A stretch of DNA of 64,000 bases from Mustelus asterias (Eukaryota): assembly GCF_964213995.1 (NCBI RefSeq), contig NC_135812.1, forward strand, positions 34,534,001-34,598,000, given 5' to 3'. How positions within the stretch are numbered: the first letter of the stretch is position 1; every line of letters starts with the position of its first letter. The notes under the pieces were generated by a model, which had not been told where the DNA came from, searched no databases, and worked only from the letters and a program-made list of their open reading frames with translations. Below, one piece after another: positions 12,467 to 25,342 of this stretch. The position numbers and the translations under genes were made by a program.

Positions 12467-15230
12467 AGGTCATTTAGCCCTTTGAGCCTGCTCCATCATT
12501 CATTATGATCATGGTTGATCATCCAACTCAATAGCCTGTTCCCACTTTCCCCCCATATCCTTGATCCCTTTAACCCCAAGTGCTCCTTCTTGGAAACATA
12601 TTGGTCTCAACTGTTTTCTGTAGTAGCAAATTCCACATGCCCACCCACTCTCTGGGTGAAGAAATTTCTCCTCATCTCAGTCCTAAATGGTCTATCCTGT
12701 ATCCTTAACTATGATTCCTGGTTCTGGACTCCCCCACTCTCAAGAACATCCTTCCTGCATCTACTCTGACTAGTCCTGTTAGAATTTTATAGGTTTCAAT
12801 GAGATTCCCCTCATTCTTCTAAATGCAAGTGAATATAATCCTAACTGACTCAATCTCTCCTCATACGTCAGTCCCACCATCCTGGTATTCAGTCTGGTAA
12901 AGCTTCACTGTACTCCCCCTATAGCAAGAACATCCTTCCTCAGATAAGGAGGCTTAAATTGCACATAATATTCCAGATGTGGCCTCACCAAGACCCTGTA
13001 TAACGACAGCAAGACCATATGTCTTATGGTCTTATGCTCTTATAGCAAGACGTCTCTGCCCCTGAACGTGAATCCTCTCGCTATGAAGGCCAACATTCCA
13101 TTTGCCTTGTTTACTGTCTGCTGCATGTTTATTTTCAGCGACTGGTGTACAAGGACAGCCAGGTCTCATTGCACATTCCCTTCTCTCAATCAATAGTGAT
13201 TCAGATAATAATCTGCCTTCCTGTTTTTGCCACCAAAGTGCATAACCTCACGTTTATCCACATGATACTGCATCTGCCAATCATTTGCCCCCTCACTCAA
13301 CTTGTCCAAATCACACTGAAGGATCTCTGCATCCTCTTCACAGCTCACCCTCCCAGCCAGCATTGTGTCATCTGCAAATTTGGAGATGTTACATTTAGTT
13401 CACTCATTTAAATTGTTAATATACATTTTGAATAGTGGGGGTCCTAGCACCAATCCCTGCGGTACCCTACTAGTCATTGCCTGCCATTTGGAAAAAGATC
13501 TGGTTATTCCTACTCTTTGTTTCCTGAATGCCAACCAGCTTTTTACCTATCTCAATACACCAGTCCCAATCCCATGCACTTTAATTTTACATGCTAATCC
13601 CTTATGTGGGACTTTGTTGGAAGCTTTGTCTAAATAAACCACATCCAGTGGCTGCCCTCATCAACTCCACTAGTTACACCCTTGAAGAACGGGCGGCACG
13701 GTAGCACAACGGGCGGCATGGTAGCACAGTGGTTAGCACTGCTGCTTCACAGCTCCAGGGACCTGGGTTCGATTCCCGGCTTGGGTCACCGTCTGTGTGG
13801 AGTTTGCACACTCTCCTCTTGTCTGCGTGGGTTTCCTCCAGGTGCTCCGGTTTCCTCCCACAGTCCAAAGATGTGCGGGTTAGGTTGATTGGCTATGCTA
13901 AAATTGTCCCTTAGTGTCCTGGGATGCGTAGATTAGAGGGATTAGTGGGTAGGATATGGTGGGGTTGGGCCTGGGTGGGATTGTGGTCGGTGCAGACTCG
14001 ATGGGCCGAATGGCCTCTTTCTGTACTGTAGGGTTTCTATTCTATTCTATGAATTCCAGTAGATTTGTCAAGCATGATTTCTATTTCATAAATCTATGCT
14101 GACTCTGTCCAAATCCACCCCTGTTTACCAAGTGCTCTGTTATAACATCCTTGTTAATGGATTCTAGAATTTTCCCATTACCAGTGTCAAGCTAACTTGT
14201 CTATAATTCCCTGTTTTCTCTCTACCCCCCTTTTTAAATAGTGGGGTTACTTTAGCTACCCTTCAACCTGTAGTAACTGTCACAGAGTCTATAGAATCTT
14301 GGAAGATGACCACCAATACAACCACTATTTCTAGGGCCACTTCCTTAATTATTCTGGGATGTAGATTATAAAGTCCTGGGGATTAATCGGCCATCAGTTC
14401 CCCCAATTAGCTCATTCCCATTTACATCCATTTGTGTGAATGCATTGCACAATAAGACACAAAGACTTAAGGTTTGTCTTTTTAACGTTACTTGTCCCAT
14501 TCTTAGTTTGATTTTGGCCCTTGATTTCTCTGTCCATCACTTTTCTTATTCCCCTTTCTGTCTTTTGTTCTTGTCCTTGAATACCTTCCTCTGATTCTTT
14601 GCATAGGTTCCCATTCCACTGCCATTTTGGTAGATCCCCCACTACCACACCAGAAAATACTCCCCCAAGGACACCAGTCCCAGTCCTGCCCAGGTGTAAA
14701 ACATCCAGTTTGTACTGGTCTCACCGCCCCCAGAACTGGTCCCAATGTTCCTAGAACCTAAAACCCTCTTGCTCACACCATCTCTTCAACCACCTATTCA
14801 CCTAATATATCCTGTTATTTCTGCTCTGATTTGCACGTGGCACTGGTAGTAATCCTGAGATTTGAAGTCCTACTTATCAACTTACTTCCTAACTCCCTAC
14901 AGTTTGCTTTTAGGACCTCATTCCTTTTTCCACCTATACCGTTTGTACCGATGACATTTGCACTTATGTGTACCATGACCACTGGCTGTTCACCGTCCCC
15001 CATCCAGAATGCCCTGTTGCCCCACTGAGAAATCCTTGACCCTAGCATCAGGGAGGCAACATTATATCTTGGAATCTCATTTGTGGCCACAGAAACACTT
15101 ATCGATTCCCCTTACAATTGAATCCCCTATAAATATTGCATTGCCATGCATTTTACTCCTCACCTGTGCAACAGAATCTACTGTGGTTCAAAAAATTGGG
15201 CTGTTGCTGCTTTTCCCTGAGAGGCTTTCC
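12467..15230 (-). mobile_element. Old, degenerate CR1 LINE with internal deletions, containing a SINE insertion
   Basis: CR1-like 3' UTR near 12470-12560, RT-like sequence (tcatctgcaaatt = KFADD on the - strand) near 13368, and ORF1/esterase-like EQPVVMVHISANVIG near 14950. Confidence 0.75.
13691..14050 (+). mobile_element. HE1-type V-SINE with a duplicated 5' head, nested in CR1
   Basis: aacgggcggcacggtagcac followed by aacgggcggcatggtagcac, then a full SINE body. Confidence 0.9.
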
Positions 15231-15780
15231 CCGAGAGCAGGAAGGGGACACCATGACTTTGAGCTCTTCGGCCATGACTTACCCTTTTAAATTAAACCTT
15301 TTGGAAGAGGCTTAATATCAACTAATGTTAATTCCTCTGGAGCCCTTCTTCCTTGCTCCTTGTTACTACAGAATATAGCCCTTACAAACTGCAAACAAGA
15401 AAAATAGTAAATACTTACCTGACCCTAGCCACTACTTATCATTCAGTTCCCTTGTTTGTAGCCTCAATTGCTGCCACAGGGCAAGACCATTCTCTGAAGA
15501 CTTAAAAAGCTAGAAAACCCAAAAGGCAAAAAGCAGTTCTTCCCCTCTGCACCGAATTCTCACTGTGTTCCATATTCCCAGATAACTGCACTCACTCCGA
15601 CTGTATCACACTCAGGATATGCTCTCTCCCACTGCTTATGCACAAAGCTTACTGATCAAAGCAATTACAACTGAACATGACAGGAATCGTGATTATTTTA
15701 AGACAGGTCATTGTTCTTGGCCAATAGGGAGATTGAACCCATGACCTTCATGCTCTAATCATCTGAGTTAATCGGCCAGT

Positions 15781-16345
15781 AATTCTGCAGAGACTAACTC
15801 ACCTCCTGATTCCCTCAAACCTGTCCATCATCTACAAGGCACAAGTCGGGAGTGTGATGGAATTCTTCCCACTTGCCTAGATGAGTTCAACTCTAACAAC
15901 ACTCAAGAATGTCTACACCACCTAGGATAAATCAGCCTGTTTGATTGGCACCCCATCAACCACTTTCAACATCCACACCCTCTACCACTAATGCACAGCT
16001 GTTTGTCCCATCTACAAGATGCACTACAGCAACTCACCAAGCCTCCTTCAACAGCACCTTCCAGACCTACCATCTCCAGCACCTAGAAGGATAAGGGTAG
16101 CAGATTTATGGGAGCACCACCACCTGGAAATTTCCCTCTAAGCCACTCACCATCCTGACTTGGAAATATATCGCCGTTCCTTCACTGTCGCTGAGTCAAA
16201 ATCCCTCCCTAACGGCACTGTGGGTGTACCTACATACAGGGGACTGCAGCGGTTGAAGAAGGTTGCTCACCACTCTCTTCCCAAGAGAAATTAGGAATGG
16301 CAAAAAAAATGCTGACCTAGCCAGCAACTCATCAATCCCATAAAA
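15781..16345 (+). mobile_element. L2/Crack-like LINE 3' end
   Basis: Homologous to 3431-3655 and continues into the 3' UTR (cacctagaaggataagggtagcag...gacttggaaatatatcgccgttccttcactgtcgctg). Confidence 0.75.
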
Positions 16346-16629
16346 TAATTTATAAAGTGCTGATGTCCCTTCTGCTGATGGTATGTGACATTCCTATGGA
16401 TTCTAACCTTCACACTGCGGAATGCTCTTGTGATAGTTTGCAGTGTAAAGAAGTTTGACTTACCCTAGTGGAGCAGTTTTTTCTATTTGTTCATGGGATG
16501 TAGGAGTGGCTGGCTGGGCCAGTATTTATTGCCCATCCCTAAGGGCATTTAAGAGGAATGGCTGTGTGTCTGGAGACGCATGTAGGCCAGACTAGGTATG
16601 GACGACTGATTTCCTTCTCTAAAGGACAT

Positions 16630-17380
16630 TTTGGAAGGTCTAATGCAGAGAGGAATTATACAGTAAATGGCAGAACCCTTAAGAGTGTTGAAAGGCAGAG
16701 GGATCTGGGTGTACAGGTACACAGGTCACTGAAAATGGCAACGCAGGTGGAGAAGGTAGTCAAGAAGGCATATGGCATGCTTGCCTTCATCGGCCGGGGC
16801 ATTGAGTTTAAAAATTGGCAAGTCATGTTGCAGCTTTATAGAACCTTAGTTAGGCCGCACTTGGAATATAGTGTTCAATTCTGGTCGCCACACTACCAGA
16901 AGGACGTGGAGGCTTTGGAGAGGGTACAGAAAAGATTTACCAGAATGTTGCCTAGTATGGAGGGCATTAACTATGAGGAGAGGTTGGAGAAACCTGGTTT
17001 GTATTCACTGGAACGACGGAGGCTGAGGGACGACCTGATAGAAGTCCTCAAGATTATGAGGGGCATGGACAAAGTGGATAGTCAGAAGCTTTTTCCCAGG
17101 GTGCAAGAGTCAATTACTAGGGGGCATAGGTTTAAGGTGCGAGGGGCAAGGTTTAAAGGAGATGTACGAGGCAAATGTTTTACACAGAAGGTGGTGGGTG
17201 CCTGGAACTCACTGCCGGGGGGAGGTAGTGGAAGCAGATATGATAGTGACTTTTAAGGGGCATCTGGACAAATACATGAATAGGATGGGAATAGAGGGAT
17301 ATGGTCCCCGGAATGGTATGTGGTTTTAGTTCAGTTGGGCAGCATGGTTGGTGCAGGTTTGGAGGGCCGAACAGCCTGTG
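16630..17380 (+). mobile_element. CR1 LINE 3' fragment
   Basis: ORF 16558-17256: HFGRSN...RDLGVQVH...LVRPHLEYSVQFWSP...LERRRLRDDLIEV. Confidence 0.92.
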
Positions 17381-17433
17381 TTGCTCATCCAAACCAATGA
17401 GATTCAGCATGTTAGGACAGCCCCCTGCCTCAA

Positions 17434-17738
17434 GTGACCTCCTGATAACTCTCCCCTTAAAGAGGCACAGTACCGCACTTTCCATTAATACTACTTGTCA
17501 CAGCATTGATCACATAGGGTTTTGGGGGAAAATAGCAACATACAAAACAGAGATAAGGATGCTTCTGAACTCCATGACTCCCAGACTCTAACTGCCAGAA
17601 AGCCTGCTTTCCCGCGCTTGATTCACGTTCCTCACCGCGATTGGCCTGATAGGTTGTGTGACCTCCTGATAACTCTCCCCACAAAGAGGCACAGTACCGC
17701 ACTTTCCATTTATACTACTTGTCACAGCATTGATCACA
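17434..17738 (+). repeat. 81-bp direct duplication (17434-17514 and 17658-17738)
   Basis: gtgacctcctgataactctcccc..aaagaggcacagtaccgcactttccatt.atactacttgtcacagcattgatcaca occurs twice, with about 3 mismatches. Confidence 0.95.
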
Positions 17739-17745
17739 ACACAGG
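17687..17745 (+). pseudogene. Candidate signal-peptide exon of the peroxidase (GTVPHFPFILLVTALITTQ)
   Basis: Hydrophobic stretch ending at a strong donor (G|GTGAGT, gt at 17746) in phase 1, which matches the next exon. No in-frame ATG was found. Confidence 0.45.
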
Positions 17746-18668
17746 GTGAGTGTAGACATGGTCAGACAGAAAAAAAACATTTTCATGATGCAGAAGAGCT
17801 TCTTAGTAGCCAATGTTAAGCAAATGCAGAGATTTGTTTAACAGGATATGTAAAATTGCTGATCAATTGACTGAATCCCATTAACTGTAACTGAATTTCA
17901 ATGAATTACAGCAGCAGGAGAAACAAACCAAGTCAGTGGCTTCAATGACTTGCGGGTCATTGGGGAGAGGGAACTGAGAAGAGGGGGAGGGGGGTGATAA
18001 TTAATAATGCAAAGAGGAGGATCTGTAATTAACAGAGGAATGAGGAGGAGCTGTAACTGATAATGAGAGGAGAAACTTTAATTGACAGTGGAGAGGGGAG
18101 AGCAGTTGTTGACAGTGAGGATGACAGCTAAGATGACACAGTGGAGTTGGTAACAGGGTCTGGTGGATTTAGCTGTCATCAAAATGTCTGACCTCTTCCT
18201 CCAAAACTCTCTCTGTTATGTGGGAGACAGAATCGTGTTTAATTCTACAAATTATGACACTTCAGAAAAGAGCATAAAGCTAAAACCACTGATGATGGGT
18301 GTAGCTTAATTTTTATAAACTTTATATTTAATCTTAATTGTTTCCCACAGTCTCTCCTGTCTCTCTGCCTATAATGGTTAAGGTGTACTATTTTTGAGCG
18401 ATGTGCACAAGTTACTTCATTTCATTTTTTGACTCAGTTCATAAGAGTGAAGATAAAAATGTTTCAGAAAAAATGATTTCCTTTAACAGGGACAGTTCCA
18501 TGTATTCACCTTCTCACTCAATCCTTCAGCCACTTCTATCTCCAGAAATGTGTTGATGTATCTCTTGGCCCCATTTACACTATCTGCCTCATTGTAAAGC
18601 CAATTTCAAGTTGAAGCCACCTGGTGTTTCTCAAGACATCTCTGAGTTTTTGTGTGTTTCTGTTGCAG

Positions 18669-18762
18669 AAAGCGAGGAGCCCCTGGGAAGTCCATTCGTA
18701 GAAAGAGCTGTACGTGAAGCTATTGAACTGGTGAACAAAGCTTACAAGGAGACCAGAGCTAA
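18669..18762 (+). pseudogene. Heme peroxidase (MPO/EPX/TPO family) propeptide exon
   Basis: ttgcag| ... |gtaggt, 94 nt. Encodes SEEPLGSPFVERAVREAIELVNKAYKETRA, resembling the MPO propeptide ...SMEEAKQLVDKAYKERR. Confidence 0.85.
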
Positions 18763-19042
18763 GTAGGTTCTTTAACGCAGTGACATTTTCAAGTTGGGCT
18801 CTTCATGAAGGACTCAATGTGAATTCATGTGAAATAAGGACCACCATATTCAGAGTGAGATGAACAGTTTGTGTTTTGTGCTAATTCCTTCGAGGAGCTG
18901 TTGGGCTTATGGTGAATGTCCTTCACTTTATATTGATTTGGTAATAAAGTTTAAAGGAGCAATGTCACAGAGTTGGGGACAGTTGCAGAGAATGAGCCAG
19001 TGAGGTTCTTTCCCTGAATGATGTGGTTCAAAAGCAATCGTG

Positions 19043-19204
19043 ATGTGGAATGCTGGCGTTGGACTGGGGTAAGCACAGTAAGAAGTCTCACAACACTAGG
19101 TTAAAGTCCAACAGGTTTATTTGGAATCACAGCTTTCAGAGTGCTATGATTCACCTGATGAAGGAGCAGCGCCCCGAAAGCTCATGATTCCAAATAAACC
19201 TGTT
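19043..19204 (+). mobile_element. Penelope-like element terminal remnant (inverted repeat) with a hammerhead ribozyme core
   Basis: aacaggtttatttggaatca (19110) is inverted with tgattccaaataaacctgtt (ending 19204). CTGATGA at 19155 and GAAA at 19176. Confidence 0.7.
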
Positions 19205-21189
19205 ACAAAAGCAATCAGACCATGAAGGCTCCAGGAACAATTGCTGATGTTCCACAGGGGGAAACACAATTAATCCAATGACCCGGATTTAGGAGGGATA
19301 TAAATCAGCCTGTAAAATAGTGAGAATAATGAGGATACTGGGTAAGAATGGAACTGCAAACATACCTCCACCATTGAATAATCTGCCCACACTCACTGTA
19401 AAGGCTAACACGATAGGAATGGCCCACTTCGTGAAACAGGCCAAAATGGCCACAAAGTTATCCTAAGCTTAACAGGAGGTGGAACTGAAGAATGTGATGA
19501 TTGTTCCTTTAAGGATCATTCTGCAGAGTAAAGGGTCACATGATCTGGGAACCAATAGGGGAGCTGGGTGGAGAATCACCGGAGTGAGTTCAGGTTTCTG
19601 TTCCAAAATCTTCTCGGGAGCTGACTGCAGCCATGGGGCTGAAAGGCTCTATACAGCCTTTACCTGTAAATAAGCACATTGTTCTCCCCTTAACTGGTGA
19701 ACATGATTTATTACAAGTATATTGCTGCATTGAAAGATGTGTACATTAGGTGAGGAGGACAGTGTGCCTGATTTTCAGCAATTAATTTTAATTACTGGAA
19801 CACCATAAATTGGACACACTACCTTCCATGTCAGATTCTCAATCTGTGTGTTTACAGTAGGTGAGTCTCTGTACCACAAGGGGAGGCTGACATTTGCTCA
19901 GTTATGTTCAATCCATCAATACTTTACTCAGAGTGATACCTGTGATGTGCGTGTAATGACACCAGTTTTCCCAGTCGGAGTGAAGATGATTGGAGAATTC
20001 CTCTGTTAATCATACCTGGAAACAGCACTGCTGTGAGTGACTGGGATTGATTTTGCACACAACATTTATACTATGTAACTATCCTCCACTCACTGCATTC
20101 AGCTGCAGAAATCACCCTGCTTTTATCAGAAAACCTTACTGTAGTTTCAGTCGCGAGTTCTGTTTGCTACGATTGGCAGAGATTCTTTTCAAATAGCCTC
20201 TGTTTCCTCTTTACAAAGTGATAGGGGGACTACTGTGAAAATTAAAGGCATATTTTTCTTCCTGTGTGCTGTGATGTTAGGGGCAAGAGTAAGCTATAAT
20301 GTCATTTTTGCAGAAGATTTATGTTATCTGACTTTGTCCTCTGTAACTTAGGTTCACTTTGGTTCTGGCAAGACACAAACCAAAAGCAAAACTTTGGAAA
20401 GTAATTTTTTTTTTAAAAGTTTGTTTTTAGAAGGGAAAGGATATACTTATCCAAGACACGGTCAGCGTTTATAACTCCAATTGAGTGATCAGTCTAGATG
20501 GAAATGTAAATTGACATCAAACCATCCACTCGAACTTGTTCATGTGAGAGTGTGTGAGTGTGACTGCGAGTGAATGTGTGAGGGTGTGCCAATGTATGAA
20601 TGGGTGAGTGAATGTGTGGGTTTATGAGTGTGTGAGTGTGCATGAATGCCAGTGAGTTTGTGTGTGAGAGAGAGTGTATGTATCTTTCTATTCATTTCTT
20701 TTAAATCTCTTGTTTTTCACATCATGTTGGAATTCATTGTTAACTACTGAAGAAAAACAAAATCCACCATGGTTCTGTTCAAGATCCCAATAAGCTAGTT
20801 AATATGTATTCAACCACACTGTCAAAAACTTGAAAAATTTAATAACATCCAATATATAAATTTACATTCAAAAGTACAAATGCTGTGTGGAGATTTGTTT
20901 TTAAAAAGCAGAAAGGGTTAACTTTTCTGTTGGATTCGAGGGGTGAGTAAAACATTCAAAACGCAGTTTCTTCACCTCACATGATTTTTAAAGGAAAACA
21001 TTCTCAATCAATAGAAACTCTGCTTTCTTAAATTCTTTAGTACTGTTCCTTGTTGTTCTGATTCATGTATTTTGTTTCCTTAGGGATAAAAACAACAAAA
21101 AACCCTTAGTAACATTAACTCTGAAAGAAAGCATACTGCGCCTTAGGTTAATGTTTACAAAGCGATTTTTAAAATCTTGTTTAATACAG

Positions 21190-22075
21190 CAGAGTGCCTA
21201 GAGGAGAATAAAAATGCAGGGGGGAATTTAAAAAGGAAAGCTCGGAAAGCTCATAGAGTGCATGAAAAAGCTTTGGCGAGTAGAATAAAGGAAAACCCAA
21301 AGGGATTGTTTAAAATCTATAAAGAGCAAGAGACTAATTAGGGAAAGAGTGGGGCCAATTGTGGACTATACAGGTAACCTGTGTGTGGACCTGGAAGACA
21401 TGGGTATAGTTTTCAATGAATACTTTGTGTGAGTCTTCACAATGGAAAAAGGAAAATGCAGGTACAGACGTCAGGGTAGAGGACTGTGAAACATTAGAGA
21501 AAATTAACATAGAGAAGAGGTACGGGCATGTTTAGCAGTGTTAGAAGTGGATAAATCCACAGGTCTGGGTGAGATGTATCCCCTGGTGTTGAGGGAGACA
21601 AGGGAGGGGATATCACAGACACCAGCCGTAATTTTCAAATCCTCTCTGGCCACAGGTGAGGTTGTTTATTGTTGTTTTATTGTAAATAGTTTAACTTGTT
21701 TTGGTATGTGGTAAGGGGGGAGGGATGTACTGGTGAGGTGCTTTTAAGGGGATCACATGACCCAATCGGCCAATCAGGACATGGCAAAAATCCTGAGGCT
21801 GAGCGTGAGTTTTCCCCGTCAATCTGAGGCTGGAATTGAAGTAGTGATTGGCGTATTCCTTGCCCTCAGTACATAGTTTATTTATTACAATAAATAGTTT
21901 GTTTAGTTACTAAACTTGGTGGTCACCAATCCTTTGAGATGTTACAGTCCCATTATTAAACGAGGTAGAGATTTATCAGGAAATTATAGGCCAGTTAGTC
22001 TAACTCAGTGGTGGGAAAAAATACTGAGGGACAGAATATATTAGCACTTGGATAGACATGGATTAATCAGGGATA
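21190..22075 (+). mobile_element. Degenerate CR1 ORF2 fragment with an internal solo-LTR-like insert (about 21663-21946)
   Basis: HEKALASRIKENPKG...DKSTGLGEMYPLVLRE-like sequence, resuming at ...GNYRPVSL. The insert is TG...CA with AATAAA at about 21889. Confidence 0.65.
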
Positions 22076-22615
22076 GAGCACTGGTGATGTCATGAGTCAC
22101 ATGCATAGGCTTTAGGCCCAGTCTTATATTAAAGCTTCCAAAATGCACAGTTACAACATAAACTTTCCTGTTGTGCAATGGCAAAGAATTTGTATGTTTT
22201 CTGGTTCCAACTGCGGCCTAGTAACTTCATCCAGCATAGAATAGTTTTGGCCTCAACTGCTTTCTGTGGTAGAAAGTGCCACAGGCTCATACTCTCTGGA
22301 TAAATAAATTTCTCCCAACATTAAGAACTAGACAACAGAGGGTTAAAGCCTTTAGGTTCTGCATGCATGCACAAATCTAAACAGACCTTCTCATAACAGC
22401 TCAAAGATTTCTCTTTCTTTCAGTCTTTCTCTCTCAAAATCTTTTTAAAATCACTATCCTCCAATTCCAAATGACCTTACCTCATGTCTCACCACCACCT
22501 ATTCATTTCAAGGGGTTCAGTTCCTAACTCCCGGGCGTAAACCTGAGTGGGAGAGAGGAACAGGCTCCTCATTTACCCAAGCTGCCCTGTGCATCACGGG
22601 TTCATGATACTACTT

Positions 22616-22871
22616 CATAGAATCATAAAAACCCTGCAGTGCAGAAAGAGGCCATTTGGCCCATCGAGTCTGCACTGACCACAATCCCACCCAGGCCCTA
22701 CCCCCATATCCCTACATATTTACCCGCTAATCTCTCTAACCTATGCACCTCCGGACACTAAGGGGCAATTTTAGCATGGCCAATCAACCTAACCCACACA
22801 TCTTTGGACAGTGGGAGAAAACCGGAGCACCCGGAGAAAACCCACGCAGACACGAGGAGAATGTGCAAACT
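22616..22871 (-). mobile_element. HE1-type V-SINE, 5'-truncated
   Basis: Tail and core only; abuts a CR1. Confidence 0.88.
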
Positions 22872-24045
22872 TCCTCAAAGAACTCAATCAAGTTTGTGAG
22901 ACACGACCTCCACTTCACAAAACCATGCTGCCTATCTCTCATAAGCCTATTTTCTTACAGATGTGAGTACATCCTGTACCTAAGAATCTTCTCCAATAAT
23001 TTCCCCACCACTGATGTAAGGCTCACAGGCCTGTACTTTCCCAGATTGTCTCTTCTGTCCTTCTTAAACAGAGGAACAATGTTAACTACTCTCCAATCCT
23101 CTGGTACCTCGTCCTTGGCTAAAGAGGATACAAAGATTTTGGCCAAAGCCTCAGCAATTTCTTCCCTCGCCTCTTTCAGTATTCTGGGATAGACCTGATC
23201 TGTCCCTGGAGACTTGTCCGCCTTAATGTTTTTCAAAATCTTCAATACCTCCTCCCTTTTTATCTCAACATGTCCTATTATGTCAATATGCTCCTTTCTG
23301 CCCTCACCATCCACCACATCCTTTTCCTTTGTGAATACTGATGCAAAGTACTCGTTAAGGACCTCACCCACCTCATCTGGCTCCATGCACAAATTCCCCA
23401 CCATTGTCTTTGAGTGGACCTATCCTTTCCATTGTTATCCTCTTCCTCCTTATATACACATAAAAAGCCTTGGGATTCTTCTTAATCCTGCCTGCCAATT
23501 TCATTTCATGGCCCCTTTTTGCCCCCCTCAGTCCCTGTTTAAGCTCCTTCTTGCTATCTTTGTATTCCTCAAGAGTCTTATCCATTTCCAATTTCTGCAA
23601 ATTTATGTATGCCTCCTTCTTCTTTTTCACTAAGCTCACAATCTCTCTTGCCATCTTTATACTTCATTTTTACAGCGACATACTTGTCCTGAATTGTTAA
23701 CAACTGACTTTTAAAAGACTCCCACATATCAGATGCGGATTTACCCACAAACAGCCGCCTCCAGTCTACATTCCCTCGCTCCTGTCTAATAATGTTGTTG
23801 TTACCCTTTCCCCAGCTTTGTACTTTCACTCTGGAACTACTTCTATCCTTTTCTACAAGTATCTTGAAACTTGTAGAATTGTGACCACTGTTCCCAAAAT
23901 GGTCCCCTACTGAGACATCAGTCACTTGCCTGGGCTTGTTTCCCAGAATCAGGTCTAAGATAGCCTCTTCCTGAGTTGGACTATCTACCTATTGCCTCAA
24001 GAAGCACCCTTGGACACACTGAACAAACTCTGCCCTGTCCAGGCT
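22872..24045 (-). mobile_element. CR1 ORF2 internal fragment (endonuclease end to RT start)
   Basis: VGDHFGNSGHN, RIKKNPKAFY, LNEYFASVFTKE, KSPGTDQVYPRILKE, VPEDWRVVNIVPLFKK, YRPVSLTSVVGKLLE; frameshifted. Confidence 0.92.
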
Positions 24046-24299
24046 GAGTGACAGGGAGTAGAGTCATGGTGAACGCTGCTTTTCAGAATGGAGGAAGGTA
24101 TATAGTGAGGTTCACTAGGGGTCAGTATTTGGATCACTGCTTTTCATCATCTGTTTGATGATGTGGATATGGGTGTAGATGGCACCCTGATGAACTGTGA
24201 GGAGTGTAGTGATTGACTTCAAGAAGATATAAACAGTCTGGCCTTTGATGATCTGCACCTTTGTTCTGCCGTTCACACATTCTGATCTCTTAATGGACG

Positions 24300-24520
24300 C
24301 TCTTAGCACCTTGCTCAGCCTTTATCATCACCAAATACATTCCCTTTGTCCAAATACAGCCTCCCCCCAAACTCCCCTCCCCATGGTATAAATCTCGTCT
24401 GATTTTCTTTGTCTTTGGCTCTGACAAAGGATCATCCTGGTACAAAACGTTGGCTCTATTCTCTCTCCACAGATGCTGTCAGACCAGTTTTTCCAGCATT
24501 TTCTGTTTTTGTTTCAGATT
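24300..24520 (+). mobile_element. Penelope-like element terminal fragment
   Basis: ctctccacagatgctgtcagacc...tttccagcattttctgtttttgtttcagatt, also seen at 7110-7180. Contains a decayed CTGAcaA...AAACGTT hammerhead-like core. Confidence 0.55.
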
Positions 24521-24595
24521 GTTGTTTAACTGATGCAATTTGTGCATGAATTTTTCAGTGATTTGGAATTGGTAATGAGTGAATGTTTCCTACAG

Positions 24596-24728
24596 GTTTG
24601 TTAACAGCGAGTGACCTCGACACCATCGCAGAGGTCACAGGCTGTCCAGCCATATGTCAGCCCCCAGCCTGTAAAGACGACTGTTGGTGAAACCGATACA
24701 GGACCTTCACCGCTGTGTGCAACAACAG
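24596..24728 (+). pseudogene. Heme peroxidase exon with an in-frame TGA
   Basis: ctacag| ... |gtagga, 133 nt. Encodes LLTASDLDTIAEVTGCPAICQPPACKDDCW*NRYRTFTAVCNNR, matching TPO ...[31 protein letters not shown]. TGA at 24688-24690. Confidence 0.92.
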
Positions 24729-25342
24729 GTAGGAACTGATGGTGCTGCTGACTATTGTCCAGTCTCCTTCCGAGATTAACTGCTAAACACATACAGCCAT
24801 TCACTAAATCTGTCTTCATCCTGATTAATAATAAACTGAGGACTGCATCCACAGAACAATTCAACCAATTCTTTTGAAGAATCCAATGAAGTATAGTCTC
24901 TGTAACATTGTCAATATCCTATTTTCATATAACGATTGGATATGGATTCCAGAGATAATGGGCCATAACTTCCTGGCTCCCCAGGCTAGGACTTGGGGGA
25001 TTATTCAAAGGTGCAGTGGGGAACCCCTCTTGGAAATTCCCAGATAAGGATTTACCCGACACTTGTCCGTAAGCGCTAACTTCCCCTGGACAATTGCGTT
25101 GGGCTGGGTACCATCCAACCAAACGACTTAACTCATGAACTTGACAGTTCTACCCATTTTACATTCATATCTATCTTGAAAGAGTTAGAAGGAAAAAAAG
25201 CGCGTCTAACTTCAGAGTAACTATTTTAAACACTCAGTGAGTCCTGACAGAACACCACCCCCCTCCTCGCAACTAAGCCCCCCCACCCCCCATGGTATTC
25301 CCCACCCACACGGGATTTCCCACACCCCCAAACCGTTGACCT

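Noticed and set aside
24688-24690. In-frame TGA read as selenocysteine (a seleno-peroxidase)
   Set aside because: It aligns to a non-Cys position (Ala in TPO CLANKYR). The gene also has a frameshift and missing exons, and I could not identify a SECIS element. A nonsense mutation is simpler.
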